Of a stretch of DNA of 63,067 nucleotides, positions 9,865 to 18,743 are shown one piece after another. Made by a program: the position numbers and the translations under genes. Positions within the stretch are counted from its first letter, which is position 1. Every line of letters begins with the position of its first letter. Under the pieces are notes generated by a model. It had not been told where the DNA came from. It was given only the letters and a program-made list of their open reading frames with translations, and did no database searches. The DNA lies in the IMG/VR virus record IMGVR_UViG_3300020045_004922, positions 1 through 63,067 of that record; one strand, 5' to 3'. Source of the stretch: a virus. Lineage: Duplodnaviria > Caudoviricetes.

Positions 9865-10536
9865 TTATTTTGTAGGTACGCCTACTTTGCCTAGAGCTTT
9901 ATCAATTAGCTTATTAGCATTTTCTCGTAATCCTTTTTGGGCTTCCGGTGTAGCTTGACCAATTGGTGTGATTGGTGATTGTCCATCCCCGTAGAAATCC
10001 TTGTATTCTGTATTGTATAGAGGCAAGACTGTTGCGCTTATTTGCTCATCTGTCATATCTTCGGTTATCTGAACCTTTGACAATGCTACTTCCAATACTT
10101 TTTTATTTGCAGCACCAGATGTTTCAAGCAATTTTCTTGCAGAAGCCAACTTTGCTTCATTTGCAGCCCTTTTTTGAGACTCAATTTCTTTCAACTCTTG
10201 AGCTTCCATTTTTTCACGAATCCTTTTAGCCCACTCTGGTTCATCCAAAAGAGTAGGAGCAGGAGTCGGAGTTGGAGTTGCGATTGGAACAGGAGTAGCT
10301 ATAGGAGCTACAACTGGAGCAGCAACTTTTCTTGAATCAACCTCGCTCTGAATAATTCCTACAAATGGTTCAAAAGCCGTAATCTCTAAAGCAATCTGAG
10401 TGTCAAACTCCGCTTCTTGCGTACCCAGTGCGGTTAGCTTTGCTTCCACAATGTTTACGATTTTTTCAATCGATGCTTCTTTTAACCCGAACTTAGAATA
10501 AGCCGTTCTAACCGAAGTTCTAATTTTTTCTTTCAT
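9865..10536 (-). CDS. Capsid scaffolding protein
   Basis: YSKFGLK N-terminus, Pro/Thr linker, EPEWAK followed by coiled coil; first gene of the head operon. Confidence 0.7.
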   Translation of the reverse strand: MKEKIRTSVRTAYSKFGLKEASIEKIVNIVEAKLTALGTQEAEFDTQIALEITAFEPFVGIIQSEVDSRKVAAPVVAPIATPVPIATPTPTPAPTLLDEPEWAKRIREKMEAQELKEIESQKRAANEAKLASARKLLETSGAANKKVLEVALSKVQITEDMTDEQISATVLPLYNTEYKDFYGDGQSPITPIGQATPEAQKGLRENANKLIDKALGKVGVPTK

Positions 10537-10559
10537 TATGTTTTATTATGAATTTTATG

Positions 10560-10638
10560 CAAAGATACAACATATTTTTTGATTACACAACATTTTTCGT
10601 AAAAAACTTTAAAAATTCAAAAATTTTTCGTACCTTTG
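10560..10638. promoter_or_regulatory. Divergent Bacteroidota-type promoters for head-tail operon and terminase-portal
   Basis: TATCTTTG on - (10560-10567) and TACCTTTG on + (10631-10638) match the TAnnTTTG -7 box. Confidence 0.7.
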
Positions 10639-10660
10639 CATCTGAAACAAAATTAAAAGT

Positions 10661-12301
10661 ATGAATATAAAGGAATCAGACATAGATGAAGTGCTAAGCC
10701 ATGATGGGCAAATAGTCTACTCTAATTCATTCGCCGAAAGACTTAGGGCTGAAAATTTGGATAGGCTGAGAGAGAAGAAGCCAATACGCAAGATGATACC
10801 TCAGGCTGGATTTCAGGAAAGCGTGTGCATAAACCAAGCAGACGTCTTATTCATCGGTGGGAAAAGAGGTGGTGGAAAGACTGCCGCACTAATGTTTCCG
10901 CCATTATACAACATAGACAACCCTCTATTTACGGCATACGCATACAGGAAAGAAGAGGCTGATTTACGAAGAGGTATATGGAAGTGCTCTAAGTCTTTCT
11001 ATACAAAATTCGCAACTGCCACCGACTTAAAGTGGGAATTTAAGTCCGGCGCTACGTTCGTCATGGAGCACCTACAAAACGAAGCCAAGATTGACCAACG
11101 TATGAGGGGCGCTGAATTAGCAATGATAGAAATAGATGAGGTAAATCTTCTACAATCAAAAACGTTTTTTACTTTATTCGCGTCAAATCGTAATACAATT
11201 GGTGTTGAAAGCAAAATGTATTGTACTTGTAATCCAGTACCTAAAAACAACTGGGTCTACAAGATGGTTAAGTGGTGGATAAATGAATCTGACGGAACCA
11301 TAATAAAAGAAAGATGCGGAAAAATTAGGTATTTTTTCAAGTGGGGAGATACTGTTAGCGAGATAGCGTGGGGAGATACAAAAGAAGAAGTATATATAAA
11401 AGCCAAGTCAGATATAGATAAGCTTCTTAGGGCGAACCCAGACGGTGGGTATGAATCGCTAATATCATCATTCAGCTTTATAGAGGGTGACTTTATGGAG
11501 AATAAGATTTTAAACCTTCTGGATCCGGGCTATTTAAGAAAGGTAGCTACAAACGGTGGCGCTCAAGCTCTAAAAGACGTTAATGGTATTTGGGGTTCGG
11601 ATGAGTCTAGCGATGTTCAAATAACAACAACGGAGATAGAGGAACTATGGTTTAATAATATAGAACAAACAGAAGGTAAGGTTCTGAAAGCTACATGCGA
11701 CGTTGCCCTTAGTAGGGACTTTTTTACACTGAAGGCATGGAAAGGTAGACATCTATTCGATATGGAATATTTCTGCGGCATAGATAGCGCTACGGCTGCA
11801 TCACTTGTAAAAAAATTCCTAGATAAACATTCAATTAGAGAAGAAAACTTTGCGTATGACTATAATGGGATAGGTCTGTACTTAGAAGGACACTTCCCAA
11901 AAGCTATACCATTTAATAATAGGTCGCAAGCGTCTAACCCAAAAGTGTGGGACTGCTTAAAATCAGAGTGTGCCGAAAAATTCATTGAAAATATAAAAGC
12001 AGGAAAGTACTCCGTAGCGAAATCAGTACTAGAAAGAAAAATAGTCATAGTACAAAAAGAGTTTAGCAGGGAAAAACGCAAAGGCGATTACTCTACAACT
12101 TGGGGAGATAGGATATTAGAGGAGTCTAAAGCTCTACAAAGAAAACAAACCGATAACGGGAAATGGGAGCTGATAACGAAAGCCACCATGAAAGAATTAA
12201 TAGGGCACTCCCCTGACTTTATAGAGTGTGCGTTCATGGTGGAAGCTATACCTGATAAAAATAGAAGCTTCAGCAATATAGGAATGCTGGTAGCTATGTA
12301 A
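10661..12301 (+). CDS. terL: Terminase large subunit
   Basis: Walker A GGKRGGGKT, Walker B IEIDE, CTCNP motif, nuclease CDVA...D and C-terminal GHSPDFIE. Confidence 0.92.
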   Translation: MNIKESDIDEVLSHDGQIVYSNSFAERLRAENLDRLREKKPIRKMIPQAGFQESVCINQADVLFIGGKRGGGKTAALMFPPLYNIDNPLFTAYAYRKEEADLRRGIWKCSKSFYTKFATATDLKWEFKSGATFVMEHLQNEAKIDQRMRGAELAMIEIDEVNLLQSKTFFTLFASNRNTIGVESKMYCTCNPVPKNNWVYKMVKWWINESDGTIIKERCGKIRYFFKWGDTVSEIAWGDTKEEVYIKAKSDIDKLLRANPDGGYESLISSFSFIEGDFMENKILNLLDPGYLRKVATNGGAQALKDVNGIWGSDESSDVQITTTEIEELWFNNIEQTEGKVLKATCDVALSRDFFTLKAWKGRHLFDMEYFCGIDSATAASLVKKFLDKHSIREENFAYDYNGIGLYLEGHFPKAIPFNNRSQASNPKVWDCLKSECAEKFIENIKAGKYSVAKSVLERKIVIVQKEFSREKRKGDYSTTWGDRILEESKALQRKQTDNGKWELITKATMKELIGHSPDFIECAFMVEAIPDKNRSFSNIGMLVAM

Positions 12302-12323
12302 TAAAATATAATAAATAACATAT

Positions 12324-13841
12324 ATGACCCCAAAAGAAATATTATTAAAAGATCCATTTAAAAGAATCAATCCTGATATTACAGGGATGAGTTGGAACAT
12401 CTACGGAGACGATGGTTCGCTTCGTTCGGTAACACCTAGCAATGCTACATATCAAATAGTAACACAAGATGATTTTCTAAGAGAATACGATCCTAGTGGG
12501 CACAAAATTTTTAACAGGTCGTATTACATGGATCGCCTAAAAACCGACGACCAAAAGCGGACATATATTCATTATGTAGAGCGTAATGCATTCGCCTTTC
12601 AATCCGTAATAACTACAAAAAGGCTAACACATCTATGGGGAAATCCAATTAGGTTCACAAACTCTAGCCCAAATCCAACAGCAGCGCAGGATTTTTTAAT
12701 GCGTGACTTCAAGCAGGGCTGGGCTAAGAAAAATATGGAAGAGGGTTTGTTTGCTTGTGGAAAATCAGAAGCAATAACCGGAGATGCTGCAATGTGCTTT
12801 TATTTGAAAGATGGTGTTGTTGGATACAAAACTTTTTCATATCAAAATGGAGAAGTGCTTTATCCACATTATGATAGATTCACCGGAAAGCTAAGTACAT
12901 TCGGTAGGCAATACAAATCTTACGGAAATGATGGAGTAACAGTTGTTAATGAATACTTGGATGTATGGGATGAAAGAAATTTAACAACATACCAAAGAAC
13001 AAATAATTTAAAAACAAAAGTTAAGGCGTTGATTGGACTTGACGGATGGGAATTAGTTGGCGCTCCAAAGCCTCACGGATTTTTAAGAATACCAGTGGCG
13101 TACAAAAGGAACGCTGTAGGAGCTTGCTGGAGTCTTGCCCAAGATTCTATTGACAAATACGAACTGGCCGTTTCTAATCTTAGCGAAAACAATAAGGCTT
13201 ATGCTTTCCGTATATTATTCTTAAAAGGAGAACAGATAAATGCTGTAGCTGGCGGAGATGGTGGAGTGGGGCTTATTACAGGAGATAAAGATTCAGAAGC
13301 TAAGTTTTTAGAAAGAGCTGATGCAAGTGCTTCGTTTGAATTACAGCTAAAAATACTAAGACAAAATATTTTTACCAATTCATTTTCAGTAGAGCCTCCA
13401 GAAGTAAAGGGAGGAGATTTGCCGGGGGTTACAATTAAGTTATTGTACTCGCCAGCCGTGGAAAAAAGCATGGAGGAGAAGGCAGAATGGAACTACTTTA
13501 TAGACGACTGTGTGGCGCTGTTTAAGTACGGATACGGAATGGAAATAAAGAAGATGGCAGAATACGAGTCTCTGGACGTTAGAGGGGAAATAGTGCCTTA
13601 TGTGCACCAAAACTCAATGGAAATTCAAACAATATTAAACGGGGCTGTTACATCTGGCGTATTGTCGAAACAAACGGCTGCTGAAAATGGAGTCTATTCA
13701 AGTAATAATGAGTACGAGAAAATACGGAAAGAAGCAGACGAGAAGGCTATTAAAGATGCTGAAATAAAAGCCACTGAAAATGCCACTAATTTAGCTAGAC
13801 AGGCGGCTGCTGGAAAAGACCCAGAGCCAAGTCAAGTGTAA
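12324..13841 (+). CDS. Portal protein (SPP1 gp6-like)
   Basis: 505 aa following TerL; HLWGNPI, HGFLRIPVAY, LPGVTIKLLY, LSKQTA motifs. Confidence 0.88.
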   Translation: MTPKEILLKDPFKRINPDITGMSWNIYGDDGSLRSVTPSNATYQIVTQDDFLREYDPSGHKIFNRSYYMDRLKTDDQKRTYIHYVERNAFAFQSVITTKRLTHLWGNPIRFTNSSPNPTAAQDFLMRDFKQGWAKKNMEEGLFACGKSEAITGDAAMCFYLKDGVVGYKTFSYQNGEVLYPHYDRFTGKLSTFGRQYKSYGNDGVTVVNEYLDVWDERNLTTYQRTNNLKTKVKALIGLDGWELVGAPKPHGFLRIPVAYKRNAVGACWSLAQDSIDKYELAVSNLSENNKAYAFRILFLKGEQINAVAGGDGGVGLITGDKDSEAKFLERADASASFELQLKILRQNIFTNSFSVEPPEVKGGDLPGVTIKLLYSPAVEKSMEEKAEWNYFIDDCVALFKYGYGMEIKKMAEYESLDVRGEIVPYVHQNSMEIQTILNGAVTSGVLSKQTAAENGVYSSNNEYEKIRKEADEKAIKDAEIKATENATNLARQAAAGKDPEPSQV

Positions 13842-13847
13842 TAAAAC

Positions 13848-13881
13848 AAAACCCCAAGAGTTTTTAATTCTTGGGGTTTTT
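13848..13881. terminator. Bidirectional intrinsic terminator
   Basis: AAAACCCCAAGA-N-TCTTGGGGTTTT between the convergent portal gene and the ncRNA/tRNA unit. Confidence 0.8.
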
Positions 13882-13884
13882 AAA

Positions 13885-14390
13885 TTCAGTCCTCGCATAA
13901 GGAATAATAAGCCGTATTCTAGTTAAAGTCGATAAACCTAGAACGCTATAGTAGGATATTTTTCACTTATTATATTTACACAAACTATCTCATGCCTAAG
14001 AAAAACTTTAAGAACACTAAAGTCTGTAAAGCTCGTTTGCTTCAATCTGATTTTTTTTTCGAACGTGGACACCACATTCCATTTTGCTCAGAACAAATGA
14101 CTTAGACTTGAACGGAGACTTTCTTCCATTTTAAAGTGCAGATATAATGACAAGGCCTACATCAACACCAGCAAACTTACACCGTCCTAAGCTGTTAGGG
14201 GGACGCGGTTAATTACTCCGGATAAACTTAAGCTAACCTTGCACGTAAATTTTATCGGCTTTAAGCACCGATGTGGATTCATTTTCAGAACTCGCTATAT
14301 AAAAGTCCCATTTCTAAAGCGTCCTTTAGTAGATAGTAGTTAATTCTACTCGCCTTTTCGCAATCCTTTCGGAGTTGTGCGGGAAATATT
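13885..14390 (-). ncRNA. Candidate large structured non-coding RNA (~500 nt)
   Basis: No convincing ORF; at least 8 hairpins including a GAAA-capped stem on the - strand; downstream of a tRNA and ends at a terminator. Confidence 0.55.
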
Positions 14391-14392
14391 GT

Positions 14393-14467
14393 TTTAAAAC
14401 AAGCGGAGTCGAACCGCCGAAAACCATACACTCTCGCGCAAGTTATACCCTGACCGCAAAGTTCCCT
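14393..14467 (-). other. Degenerate tRNA-like element (intact T-arm only)
   Basis: GGCGG-TTCGACT-CCGCT T-arm; weak acceptor pairing; no canonical D or anticodon arm. Confidence 0.4.
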
Positions 14468-14473
14468 CGTAAG

Positions 14474-14546
14474 GTGCGGGAAGTAGACTCGAACTACCGA
14501 CCTTTGGGTTATGAGCCCAACGCGCTACCAACTGCGCCATCCCACA
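14474..14546 (-). tRNA. tRNA-Met(CAU), initiator-like
   Basis: TGTGGGA-TG-GCGC AGTTGGTA GCGC-G-TTGGG CTCATAA CCCAA-AGGTC-GGTAG TTCGAGT CTACT-TCCCGCA; three G-C pairs at the base of the anticodon loop as in fMet tRNA; no encoded CCA. Confidence 0.9.
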
Positions 14547-14778
14547 CAAAGTATCGTCTTTCCGATATGTCATGAGTCGCATACTCTTCCTTCCGCATGA
14601 CCCAAGCATCGGAACTTTTCGCACCGACTAAACTTCTCAGTCTCGTCGGGGCTTGAATAAAAACCAACTTATCTATGAAAATCAAAAATCCAATTTAATG
14701 AGAAAAATAAAAGCCAAGTACTGCACATCTTATTTAATTACATCAGCTTGATTGATGTCTACTGGTATTTTTCTAATG

Positions 14779-14786
14779 CAAAGATA
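14779..14786 (-). promoter_or_regulatory. Promoter -7 box for the tRNA/ncRNA unit
   Basis: TATCTTTG(CA) on - strand just after the 14792 stop. Confidence 0.6.
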
Positions 14787-14791
14787 ATCAA

Positions 14792-15373
14792 TTATTCTGA
14801 TTTAGCCAAATCTGCAACATATTTTTCACATATTTTAACTTTTTCTGGTTTTGAAAGAGTTGTTTTGTGTGAAATACTATGAGCTAATAACCATTCGGAA
14901 AGTTGCGCTCCACTTAGTGCTTCGAATATTGGGAAGGTTTCTTTTTTCTCTAAGAATATAACTTCGGAATCTTTGTCAGAGGTTATAATAATTCCGCGCT
15001 CCAATTCTTCACCCCCTAGCTCTTCGTTAACTTCTTCTTTGTCGTCAATAAGATTTATGTCGAGTGGAAGTTCGCCATCGCTTTCTTTTGAGCTTTCAAA
15101 ATTTCCATCTGGCTCGTCTTCAAAATCTTCTTCGGTATCGTCAGCCTCTTCATTCTCATATAACTCCAAAAATTCGTCAACCATTCCGAAATTTGTATTC
15201 GGATCAAAAGCAACATCCGGTGTAAGAAAATCTTCGTTCCATTTTGCAACTACGAAATTTTCCATCCCTCTGCGCGAAACTTTTGCTGCCATTAAGCCTT
15301 CGAATTTTTCAAAAGGAGACAAGACTGGTGCGCCCAGCTTTTTGAGCTTTAAATAATCTAAAATTTGTTTCAT
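14792..15373 (-). CDS. Acidic hypothetical protein
   Basis: 193 aa with a long D/E-rich centre and small helical C-terminal domain. Confidence 0.7.
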   Translation of the reverse strand: MKQILDYLKLKKLGAPVLSPFEKFEGLMAAKVSRRGMENFVVAKWNEDFLTPDVAFDPNTNFGMVDEFLELYENEEADDTEEDFEDEPDGNFESSKESDGELPLDINLIDDKEEVNEELGGEELERGIIITSDKDSEVIFLEKKETFPIFEALSGAQLSEWLLAHSISHKTTLSKPEKVKICEKYVADLAKSE

Positions 15374-15397
15374 AAGTACTTGTGTATAAGTTAGTTA

Positions 15398-15736
15398 CTA
15401 AAATGGCAAGTCCGAGTCTTCTCTTGCTGCTGTGACTTGTGTAGCAGTATTATTTGGAACCGAAGTGGCTGAATCTCTCTCAACCTTCCAAGCCTTAACA
15501 GTAGTATACCATCTCCCACTACACTCGCGGCTCTCTAAGTCGTAGCTAACTTTCAACTCGTCATCAATTCCGACATTAAATTTTTCAATGCTATCTCCAA
15601 ATAAATTGAAACACACTTTTTTAGGATATTGTCCGCCATTTTCAATTACATAGTCTTGGCTTTTCCAAGTTCCATTTTTCCCTTCGCCAGATTGAATCGG
15701 CAATACCGCAATAACCTTTCCGTTTAGTTCGCTCAT
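15398..15736 (-). CDS. DUF3127-like ssDNA-binding (OB-fold) protein
   Basis: GKNGTWKSQDYVIE...YPKKVCFNLFG...GRWYTTVKAWK; acidic SSB-like tail DSDLPF. Confidence 0.85.
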   Translation of the reverse strand: MSELNGKVIAVLPIQSGEGKNGTWKSQDYVIENGGQYPKKVCFNLFGDSIEKFNVGIDDELKVSYDLESRECSGRWYTTVKAWKVERDSATSVPNNTATQVTAAREDSDLPF

Positions 15737-15880
15737 TTTTGTTATGTTATAATTTAGTTATTAATTGTTTAATCTTTTCTATTGCGGCCGATTGTAATGT
15801 TGTTTCTACTGCATTTCCAATTGCAATTGGAGTCAATGCGCTTATTGCGCTTACCGTGTTGATAAAATCTTGTATTTCGC

Positions 15881-16294
15881 TCATTTTTGTTCTTCTTTTT
15901 CTTCGTTTAATTTTTCTTTTTCTTCAAATTCTTTTTTAACTTCTTTCAATGCCGCATCGTGTTCTTCGTCAGTAAACTCTTTTTGATTATCAAGCATCCA
16001 TTTCGAGAAAGTTGTATTCAACTCAACCAATAAAGACGGATTCATCATTGCGTGTTCAGAAAGCACTTTTACCGAGTCGAAAATAAATCCGATTAGCTCA
16101 GGATCCTCCGAGCTCCAGTTTCCTAAAATAGCATTTGCTTGTTCTCCTGCAAAAACTCGAAGCTGATAATGATTCGACTTATGCGTAAGTTTCAGTTTCA
16201 TTGCCGATTCTTCAACCTCTACTAACCACCCATCAATAAATTTGAACTTTTTGTTCGTAGGCTTTAAGACTGGATTTGGTTTTTCTTCGCTCAT
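15881..16294 (-). CDS. Hypothetical protein
   Basis: 137 aa in a coupled leftward operon. Confidence 0.65.
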   Translation of the reverse strand: MSEEKPNPVLKPTNKKFKFIDGWLVEVEESAMKLKLTHKSNHYQLRVFAGEQANAILGNWSSEDPELIGFIFDSVKVLSEHAMMNPSLLVELNTTFSKWMLDNQKEFTDEEHDAALKEVKKEFEEKEKLNEEKEEQK

Positions 16295-16635
16295 GCTAAC
16301 ATCGCTTTAAGTTGTTCTTTTTCTGCTTCTGAAAGACTGTTTGCAAGTGCTGAAAGTTTTGCTTGTTTTTCAGATTCGATTTTAGCCAATGTATCGTCGC
16401 GAAGAGTTTTAAGGTTGGCGTTTAGTCCTTCGTTCGCTACAATCTCCAAATTACACCACTCAATAATCCCTTCATCGCTTAACCCAGACGGATAATAATT
16501 ACCGTAAAGCTCAATTTGCTTTTTTCTTGCATCCACAAAAGATGTGTCGCGTTTTTTCGTAATAACAGCATCGATGATTGGAGCTCCTTCCATTTCGCCT
16601 ACTTGTAGCGGTGCTTTTTCTTCTTTTTTGTTCAT
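16291..16635 (-). CDS. Hypothetical protein
   Basis: Track ORF 16291..16671; ATG at 16635 preferred. Confidence 0.6.
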   Translation of the reverse strand: MNKKEEKAPLQVGEMEGAPIIDAVITKKRDTSFVDARKKQIELYGNYYPSGLSDEGIIEWCNLEIVANEGLNANLKTLRDDTLAKIESEKQAKLSALANSLSEAEKEQLKAMLA

Positions 16636-16645
16636 TTGTTTGTAT

Positions 16646-16918
16646 TTAAAATTGTTTGTAATTTCTTCCATTCATTGCAATCCATTGTCCTAAAACTTTT
16701 ACGACCCAAGATAATTTTTGCTTCTCAAAAGACTCATTAAGGGCTGAAAATTTACAAGGTCTTCTCGAGATATTTTCTCCGTCAAAAATTTCAACATACC
16801 ATAGCGACTCATCATTTATAGGTTTATCTATGGTTAATGTTTTAACTTTTTTAGAAGCCATCTCGTCTGACTTTCTTGTGAGCCCTTTGCGTTCTTTTGG
16901 TTTCACTTGCTTCGACAT
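16646..16918 (-). CDS. Hypothetical protein
   Basis: 90 aa, operon context. Confidence 0.55.
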   Translation of the reverse strand: MSKQVKPKERKGLTRKSDEMASKKVKTLTIDKPINDESLWYVEIFDGENISRRPCKFSALNESFEKQKLSWVVKVLGQWIAMNGRNYKQF

Positions 16919-17091
16919 AATTCATTCCATTTTTTAATGGCATCTGAATCGTAGAGGATATTATCACATGCTCCGTCTATTTTATGTATTAGAGTAGGCT
17001 TAACATCGTATGAATATTCCCACTCATGCAAAACAGTTCCACTTTCAGAAACATCTGCAGTTACTATTTCTTGATATGATATTTTTGGCAT
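16903..17091 (-). CDS. Hypothetical protein
   Basis: 62 aa, operon context. Confidence 0.5.
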   Translation of the reverse strand: MPKISYQEIVTADVSESGTVLHEWEYSYDVKPTLIHKIDGACDNILYDSDAIKKWNELCRSK

Positions 17092-17102
17092 AAATTTACT
17101 TT

Positions 17103-17969
17103 TTAATTATTCAACATTACTCCATATCCCTTTGCTATCCAAAAAATACTAGACATACCGACGCAACTTCGGCTTCGCAAAAAAGACTTGTACTGTTTTG
17201 AACATTCTCGCTGAGTATATCCGGCGTTTTTATCTGAAATTCGATGGAAATAAGATTCTCCAGCAGCTCCGTATCGACCAGCAATAGCAATACCTATTTT
17301 AACCCAGTCTTGCCTTGACGATGTAATATCAATTCCAGTATCATCCAATCTATCCAAAAGCATTGAAAACCTCCTATCATCATTATCTCCTCCAGAAAAC
17401 GATTTTCGTTCGATTACTGGCATTATATAAACTCCGGTGTATGTTTCCGCATTTAGATTGAAATAAGCGCTCTTGTCGAAGCTATACCCCCTAAGTCGGC
17501 TTAGATTACCGCAAGATCCATCTATTTTTATTCCAACAGACTCCATCATATAGTTTTTAATATGATAGAAGTGCTCTGAAAAGGTAGCTACGTTTGCTAT
17601 TGGTATTAACGCCCAAACTCCATTACCAGAAACTGACTCTCCAATATAAGAGATAAAAGGCAAGACTGTTAGTTTTTGTTTAGCCAATTGCGGTGGCATA
17701 TCATCAATGTCTATGCTAATAAATCCACTTGGCGAAACTAGCTTATCGTTATTCTGCCATGAGAACACTCCGCTTGGAGTTATCGCGTAGAAACTCTCTT
17801 TTAGTTTGTATCTAACTTTTTTGTCAGTGCATAATCTAACTCCCTCGATGTAATGTTGAAGCTCATTGTTAGTTTTAGTAAGCCAGTCATATAAACTTGT
17901 AGTTCTCATAGGACATGGCTTATCAAACCCGCTAAATAAACTTACTTGTACGTCGAGAGAGTTTTTCAT
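17103..17969 (-). CDS. Primase-like protein (BT4734/VirE N-terminal-like + PriCT-2)
   Basis: ITPSGVF...SGFISIDID...SVSGNGVWALI...D.SC.NLSRLR; C-terminal DWVKIGIAI...YFHRIS (PriCT-2-like). Confidence 0.8.
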   Translation of the reverse strand: MKNSLDVQVSLFSGFDKPCPMRTTSLYDWLTKTNNELQHYIEGVRLCTDKKVRYKLKESFYAITPSGVFSWQNNDKLVSPSGFISIDIDDMPPQLAKQKLTVLPFISYIGESVSGNGVWALIPIANVATFSEHFYHIKNYMMESVGIKIDGSCGNLSRLRGYSFDKSAYFNLNAETYTGVYIMPVIERKSFSGGDNDDRRFSMLLDRLDDTGIDITSSRQDWVKIGIAIAGRYGAAGESYFHRISDKNAGYTQRECSKQYKSFLRSRSCVGMSSIFWIAKGYGVMLNN

Positions 17970-18286
17970 TCAAATGTTTTTGAAAATTGTTCGTAAAGTT
18001 TTTCAACGCTTCTGAAATTAATAACACTAGCTTCACCATCGATTGATTCAATCAACCTTGAAAATCCTAATGCTCCACCTTGATTAATTCCTAAATTACC
18101 AACTACGTCTTCTGCGTTCTCAATAATCCCATCCTGAATGATGTAGTTTGCAAAAACTTTCGCATGCAACATCATTTTTTCATTAACTTCTGATAGTCCA
18201 AACAAACCATTAGTAATATCAACTCCATCTCGAATTAACCTCTCTTTGTGCAACTCAAATAAATCCTTTTCTTCCATCTTATACAC
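17966..18286 (-). CDS. Hypothetical protein
   Basis: About 100 aa; stop overlaps the primase start. Confidence 0.55.
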   Translation of the reverse strand: MYKMEEKDLFELHKERLIRDGVDITNGLFGLSEVNEKMMLHAKVFANYIIQDGIIENAEDVVGNLGINQGGALGFSRLIESIDGEASVINFRSVEKLYEQFSKTFE

Positions 18287-18341
18287 GTTTTTAATTGTTA
18301 TGATACAAAATTACGGAAAAGAAATGACACCGCAATAGAAA

Positions 18342-18743
18342 TTAATGTTTGTTATGATAGTTTTTAGTTTCTTCACAGCATTTTGCTATCCAACCAACTA
18401 AATAGGCATAATGTTCGTTACCACCGCTAAATTCTTGAGATAAAATTCCAAGTTCTTGGCAAATATAATCTGCAACATGAACAGCTTCGTGAGATACCAC
18501 CTCAAAATTTATATTCTTCTTTTCTGTAAAAATTATTATAGCGCCCTTTTTATTATCCGATTTATCTCTGACAGCGCAAACCAAGGCGTTACATCCAGAT
18601 GTATCAAAGCTATCAGAATCGTTTGAATACGCCTCGTCCAAAATAAATCTATCTTCTATTGTAGATTTGTTTACTCCAATGTGAATCCATAGCTTCCTTG
18701 GATATATTTCTGTTGAAAATTCGTGAAAAGTTGTTTTACTCAT
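18342..18743 (-). CDS. HExxH zincin-like protein
   Basis: VVSHEAVHVAD...NEHYAYLVGW. Confidence 0.55.
   Translation of the reverse strand: MSKTTFHEFSTEIYPRKLWIHIGVNKSTIEDRFILDEAYSNDSDSFDTSGCNALVCAVRDKSDNKKGAIIIFTEKKNINFEVVSHEAVHVADYICQELGILSQEFSGGNEHYAYLVGWIAKCCEETKNYHNKH

Noticed and set aside
14580-14610. SRP RNA-like CGGAAGGAAG string on the - strand
   Set aside because: It lacks the CC-GGAA-GG hairpin and the CAGG/AGCA internal loop of SRP helix 8.
14375-14624. ORFs 14375..14575 (+) and 14394..14624 (-)
   Set aside because: They overlap the tRNA, have non-ATG starts and show no protein-like features.
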